Source: Rhodothermales bacterium (GTDB taxonomy: Bacteria; Bacteroidota; Rhodothermia; Rhodothermales; JABDKH01). Taken from it: a stretch of 53,054 nucleotides of DNA. Below, in pieces: positions 49,666-53,054 of this stretch (positions within the stretch are counted from its first letter, which is position 1; each line of letters begins with the position of its first letter). The stretch covers positions 1-53,054 of the forward strand of contig JBFHWK010000003.1 in the NCBI GenBank assembly GCA_041589075.1, read 5' to 3'. The notes under the pieces are model-generated. The model made no database searches. It saw only the letters and a list, made by a program, of their open reading frames with translations, and was not told where the DNA came from. A program made the position numbers and the translations under genes.

Positions 49666-49955
49666 CGTACTCGGTGGGAAATAGTAATGGGGGGCCATTC
49701 CAGTGATTTATCGGCCCTGTCCGAGTGATTTAAAGGCGTAGGCCGCGCATTGGCCCGTGCATGCAGCTGAGACGCGGTAACGTCCTCGATTGGGTACAGC
49801 CAGGTGCGGCGTGAACACGTGCGTACGGGCGAGCAGGACCAGGTGACGGGCCACAAACGGTCGATTACCGTTGGCCTACGGTGGCCGTGGCTCGGATCGA
49901 AATTTGCTCCAAACGGGTAGTATCAGATACTCCCTTGGAACAACCGTCCCCTTTC

Positions 49956-51074
49956 ATGCCGACCACGTTCCGTCTGGCGGTCGCGCTGACGTTCACGCTG
50001 TATACGATCGCCGCTCAAGCGCAGCAGATACCAGCGGTCACACTTCAGGGTAATGTGACGGACGAGGAGTCCGGCGAACCTCTGCCCGGCGCCCATGTCT
50101 TCATTGCCTCATCGATGAAAGGCACGACTACCGACGAGGAAGGCCGATATGTTCTCGGCGACGTACCGGTGGGTGCGCTCCGACTGTACGTCTCGATGAT
50201 CGGGTACGAACCGCAGGCGCGTGACATACTTTTACGAACCGGCGCCACGAGGATTTTCGATTTCGTACTGACGCCCGCCGTTGTTGAAATTGGAGAGATC
50301 GTCGTCGAGGCCAAGCGCGACAAGAATTGGAAACGGCGTCTCGAAAGGTTTACGCGGCTGTTCGTCGGTGAGACTCCGAATGCAGATCAGACGGTCATCA
50401 CAAACCCTGAGGTGCTGGACTTCAAATCGTCCGGCGGCGAGTTCCGAGCACTGGCGGCCGAACCGCTAATCATCGAGAATAGAGCCCTGGGATATCGCGT
50501 TAGGTACTTCCTCAAAGAATTTGTTGCAGAGCCGACCCGAACACGCTATGACGGCGAGCCGCTCTATGAAGAGATGGCGCCTTCATCGGAGGAAGCGGCC
50601 CTTGAGTGGGAAGCGAATCGGAAGGCGGCGTTCATCGGCTCATTTCGCCACTTTCTTTTGGCCCTGCTGGCAGGTCAGGTCGAGGAACAGGGATTTAACA
50701 CGTACGCGCGAACCGTTATGGGACAGGGGCGCTTCGGAGAGATGCCCGGCAATCCTACGGCGGGAAATCGATTTCCTATCGAGCCGCAGGATCTACTGCG
50801 AGCCGGTGAGGCGGACGGCGAACGGACACTCGACTTCGATGGCTTCGTAGAGATTATCTACCGTGGGGAACTCGAAGACGAATCCTATATCGCGTGGTCG
50901 GGAGATAACTGGCGCCGGCCCAAGTACCAGACGTCCTGGATTCGGCTCGAACGCGGCCCAACGATTATCGACTACAAGGGAGATGTTCTCGATCCTTACG
51001 GTGTTACGTTTTACGGGTACCTAGCGTTCGAACGCGTGGCGGACGAAGTGCCGAAGGAGTTCCGGCCGCGCTAG
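49956..51074 (+). CDS. CarboxypepD_reg-like domain secreted protein
   Basis: Signal peptide; G.VTD.ESGEPLPGAHV, GTTTD..G.Y, SMIGY; later PLIIENRALGY. Confidence 0.82.
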   Translation: MPTTFRLAVALTFTLYTIAAQAQQIPAVTLQGNVTDEESGEPLPGAHVFIASSMKGTTTDEEGRYVLGDVPVGALRLYVSMIGYEPQARDILLRTGATRIFDFVLTPAVVEIGEIVVEAKRDKNWKRRLERFTRLFVGETPNADQTVITNPEVLDFKSSGGEFRALAAEPLIIENRALGYRVRYFLKEFVAEPTRTRYDGEPLYEEMAPSSEEAALEWEANRKAAFIGSFRHFLLALLAGQVEEQGFNTYARTVMGQGRFGEMPGNPTAGNRFPIEPQDLLRAGEADGERTLDFDGFVEIIYRGELEDESYIAWSGDNWRRPKYQTSWIRLERGPTIIDYKGDVLDPYGVTFYGYLAFERVADEVPKEFRPR

Positions 51075-52813
51075 TCGGACTGTGCTTTGCCGATGTGGCG
51101 CTTGGCCGCACGGCCAATAAATCTCGCCTTCTCGGCGAGCGGAAAGCGTGCCAGATTTGTCTTCACGACGCCTTTGGTCATGCAGGTTTTTCGCGTGTAG
51201 TCGATGCGTACGTCCACGATCACGGGCCTACCTGCTCGCGCGGTGGCGAGAGCCTCGTCACTAACTGCTTCGATATCGGCGGTTGTCTCCATCGGAAGAA
51301 AAGCGCATCCGGTTGCAGCCGCCACACCTGCCACGTTCAAGTCGCCGAGCACAGTGCACGTCTTTCGGTTCAGCGGAATCTGCTGAAACTGAGATATCTG
51401 CCCCAGCTCTCCGTCGTGAAAGACAAATACCGCGACACCCACTCCGTGCTGAGCCGCAGTGATCAGCTCCATACACGTCATCATAAAGGCACCATCTCCG
51501 ACGATCGCCACCACATCCGTTTCCGGATGTGTCATCTTCACGCCGATCGACGCCGGTATGCAGTAACCCATGCTGTTGAAATCGGTCGGTGAGATAAACC
51601 GTCGCGCCTCCAGCACGGGAAAGAGCTCCGCAGCTAGAAACGTGTGTTTGCCGTCATCTACGACCATGAAAGCGTCGGGGGGTAGTGACCGGCGCAGGTT
51701 CTCAAAGAAGTGGCCTGGGGATACACGGGCCTCCGAAGTGTGCTCCAGCCATTGTGCGCTGTGTTTTTCTTTGGCGCGAGCGATGGATCCGGTAAGGCCT
51801 TGTGTGTCCCTAGACAGCTCCTGCAACGTAAGCCGATCGACGAGCATCGAGAGCACCTGCGTTGCGTCGCCGGTCACCTTGACGCGCGCCGGGTAGTTGC
51901 GATCGAAGACGCTCTCATCGATGTCCACGTGAATGAGGTTCTTCGGAACGGGCAGGCCGTAGCTTCCGGTCGCGAGTTCGGAGAAGCGCACACCTGCGGC
52001 CAGCAGGCAGTCGCAATCGGAGAACGCCTCGCGGGCGGCAGGAACCGCGCTGGGACCGAAGCCGACACCGGTGTGCAATGGATGCGACGCCGGGAACGCG
52101 CTCAGTCCCTGCAGCGTGGTTGCAACCGGCGCGCCGAGGGTCTCAGCGAGCGCGATGGTGTGTCGCACTGCGTCGACGGCACCCCATCCCACATAGATCC
52201 CCGGACGCTTTGCCGCGGCGAGCAGCATCGCAGCCTGCTCCACGGCCTCGTCGTCCGGCTCCGGCGGTGCGGCACCCTTCGGGTACTCCGGAAGATCATC
52301 GACCTCCCCCCGAAACATCTGAATCTCAACGGGAATCTCCACGAACGCGGGCCCGGGCACACCGGAGACGGCCGCCTCGAACGCCGTGAAGATCGCGGGC
52401 ACCACCTGGTCATGACGTTCGACCAACACGTACCGCTTCGTGACGGGCTCCAGCAGCCGGCGCTGATCGATGTCGTGGAGCTGAAATGCCCGGCCGGAGT
52501 CCCGCCGAATACCACCGGAGATGACCAGCATCGGGACACCGTCGAGGTGCGCTTCACAGATCCCGCTCATCGCATGCGTTGTGCCCGCTCCCGGCACAAT
52601 GACAATAGTCCCTATCTCACTGCTGGTTCTCGATATGCCGTCGGCGATGAATGCAGCGCAAAGCTCGTGTGTTACCAGGAACGGTGTGATCTTCTGCGAG
52701 CGGTCCAGCGCATCGTAAAGTTCCGTGTTGTGCACACCTGGAATTCCGAACGTACGGGTAATGCCAAGCTGCTCGAGCGCATATACGGCGAGATCCGCGC
52801 CACTACGTTTCAT
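51071..52813 (-). CDS. Thiamine diphosphate-dependent enzyme (acetolactate synthase large-subunit-like)
   Basis: FGIPGVHN, HE..AAF.ADG, PG.G, SMGY.IP, GDGAFMMT ThDP motif; start MKRSG. Confidence 0.9.
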   Translation of the reverse strand: MKRSGADLAVYALEQLGITRTFGIPGVHNTELYDALDRSQKITPFLVTHELCAAFIADGISRTSSEIGTIVIVPGAGTTHAMSGICEAHLDGVPMLVISGGIRRDSGRAFQLHDIDQRRLLEPVTKRYVLVERHDQVVPAIFTAFEAAVSGVPGPAFVEIPVEIQMFRGEVDDLPEYPKGAAPPEPDDEAVEQAAMLLAAAKRPGIYVGWGAVDAVRHTIALAETLGAPVATTLQGLSAFPASHPLHTGVGFGPSAVPAAREAFSDCDCLLAAGVRFSELATGSYGLPVPKNLIHVDIDESVFDRNYPARVKVTGDATQVLSMLVDRLTLQELSRDTQGLTGSIARAKEKHSAQWLEHTSEARVSPGHFFENLRRSLPPDAFMVVDDGKHTFLAAELFPVLEARRFISPTDFNSMGYCIPASIGVKMTHPETDVVAIVGDGAFMMTCMELITAAQHGVGVAVFVFHDGELGQISQFQQIPLNRKTCTVLGDLNVAGVAAATGCAFLPMETTADIEAVSDEALATARAGRPVIVDVRIDYTRKTCMTKGVVKTNLARFPLAEKARFIGRAAKRHIGKAQSD

Positions 52814-53054
52814 TATTCTAGACCGGAAATCGAACGCGCGGCAACGCGCCCGGTAAAAATGCACCCGCCCAGGAAGGTGCCCTCAAGCGATCGCTTACCG
52901 TGGATGCCGCCACCGCCAAATCCGGCCGACTCCCCGACGGCATACAGTCCGCGAATTACGTCGTGGTCTGACCCTTTTTGCAGTACGCGTGACTGCAAGT
53001 CCGTACGGATACCACCGAGGCTTTTTCGCGACAGGATAAACTCGCGTATTGCGA
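52813..53054 (-). CDS. C-terminal part of an FAD-binding dehydrogenase (truncated by the window edge)
   Basis: ILSRKSLGGIRTDLQSRVL...GLYAVGESAGFGGGGIHGKRSLEGTFLGGCIFTGR. Its TAA overlaps the next ATG (TAATG). Confidence 0.85.
   Translation of the reverse strand, partial: AIREFILSRKSLGGIRTDLQSRVLQKGSDHDVIRGLYAVGESAGFGGGGIHGKRSLEGTFLGGCIFTGRVAARSISGLE

Noticed and set aside
1-53054. Mobile elements, prophage, defence systems, rRNA or tRNA
   Set aside because: I recognised no integrase, transposase, phage, nuclease or RNA-gene signatures, and saw no obvious compositional island.

Overview
This is a 53-kb, GC-rich (roughly 60%) stretch of bacterial chromosome, densely packed with housekeeping and metabolic genes. 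The gene set and protein styles suggest a Rhodothermia (Rhodothermales) or related FCB-group bacterium; this is an inference. In order it holds: rsgA; topA with a Lys-rich tail; ppdK; an etfB-etfA-fixC-fixX-(Zn ribbon)-gcdH operon; hemW with two DUF192 lipoproteins; iscA divergent from sufBCDSE-sufT, followed by a degenerate sigma54-activator-like protein; a TPM-domain pair; modAB; HU; ppc; an orphan PilB/GspE ATPase cluster; a thioesterase, an FAD oxidoreductase and an AcuI-like reductase; tonB; a NUDIX hydrolase; hppD-hmgA; msrB; an acetate-CoA ligase; and a ThDP enzyme coupled to a truncated FAD dehydrogenase. I saw no rRNA, tRNA, CRISPR array, transposase or phage genes. The most interesting element is 33305-38079. 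An isolated PilB/GspE ATPase is flanked by two stand-alone paralogs of its own N-terminal degenerate MshEN-like domain, plus a membrane-anchored coiled-coil gene. Each of these four genes has its own sigma28/FliA-like promoter (TTAA-N15-RCCGATA), and the three small proteins end in Ala-Ala. Family assignments come from motif recognition by eye, not from database searches.
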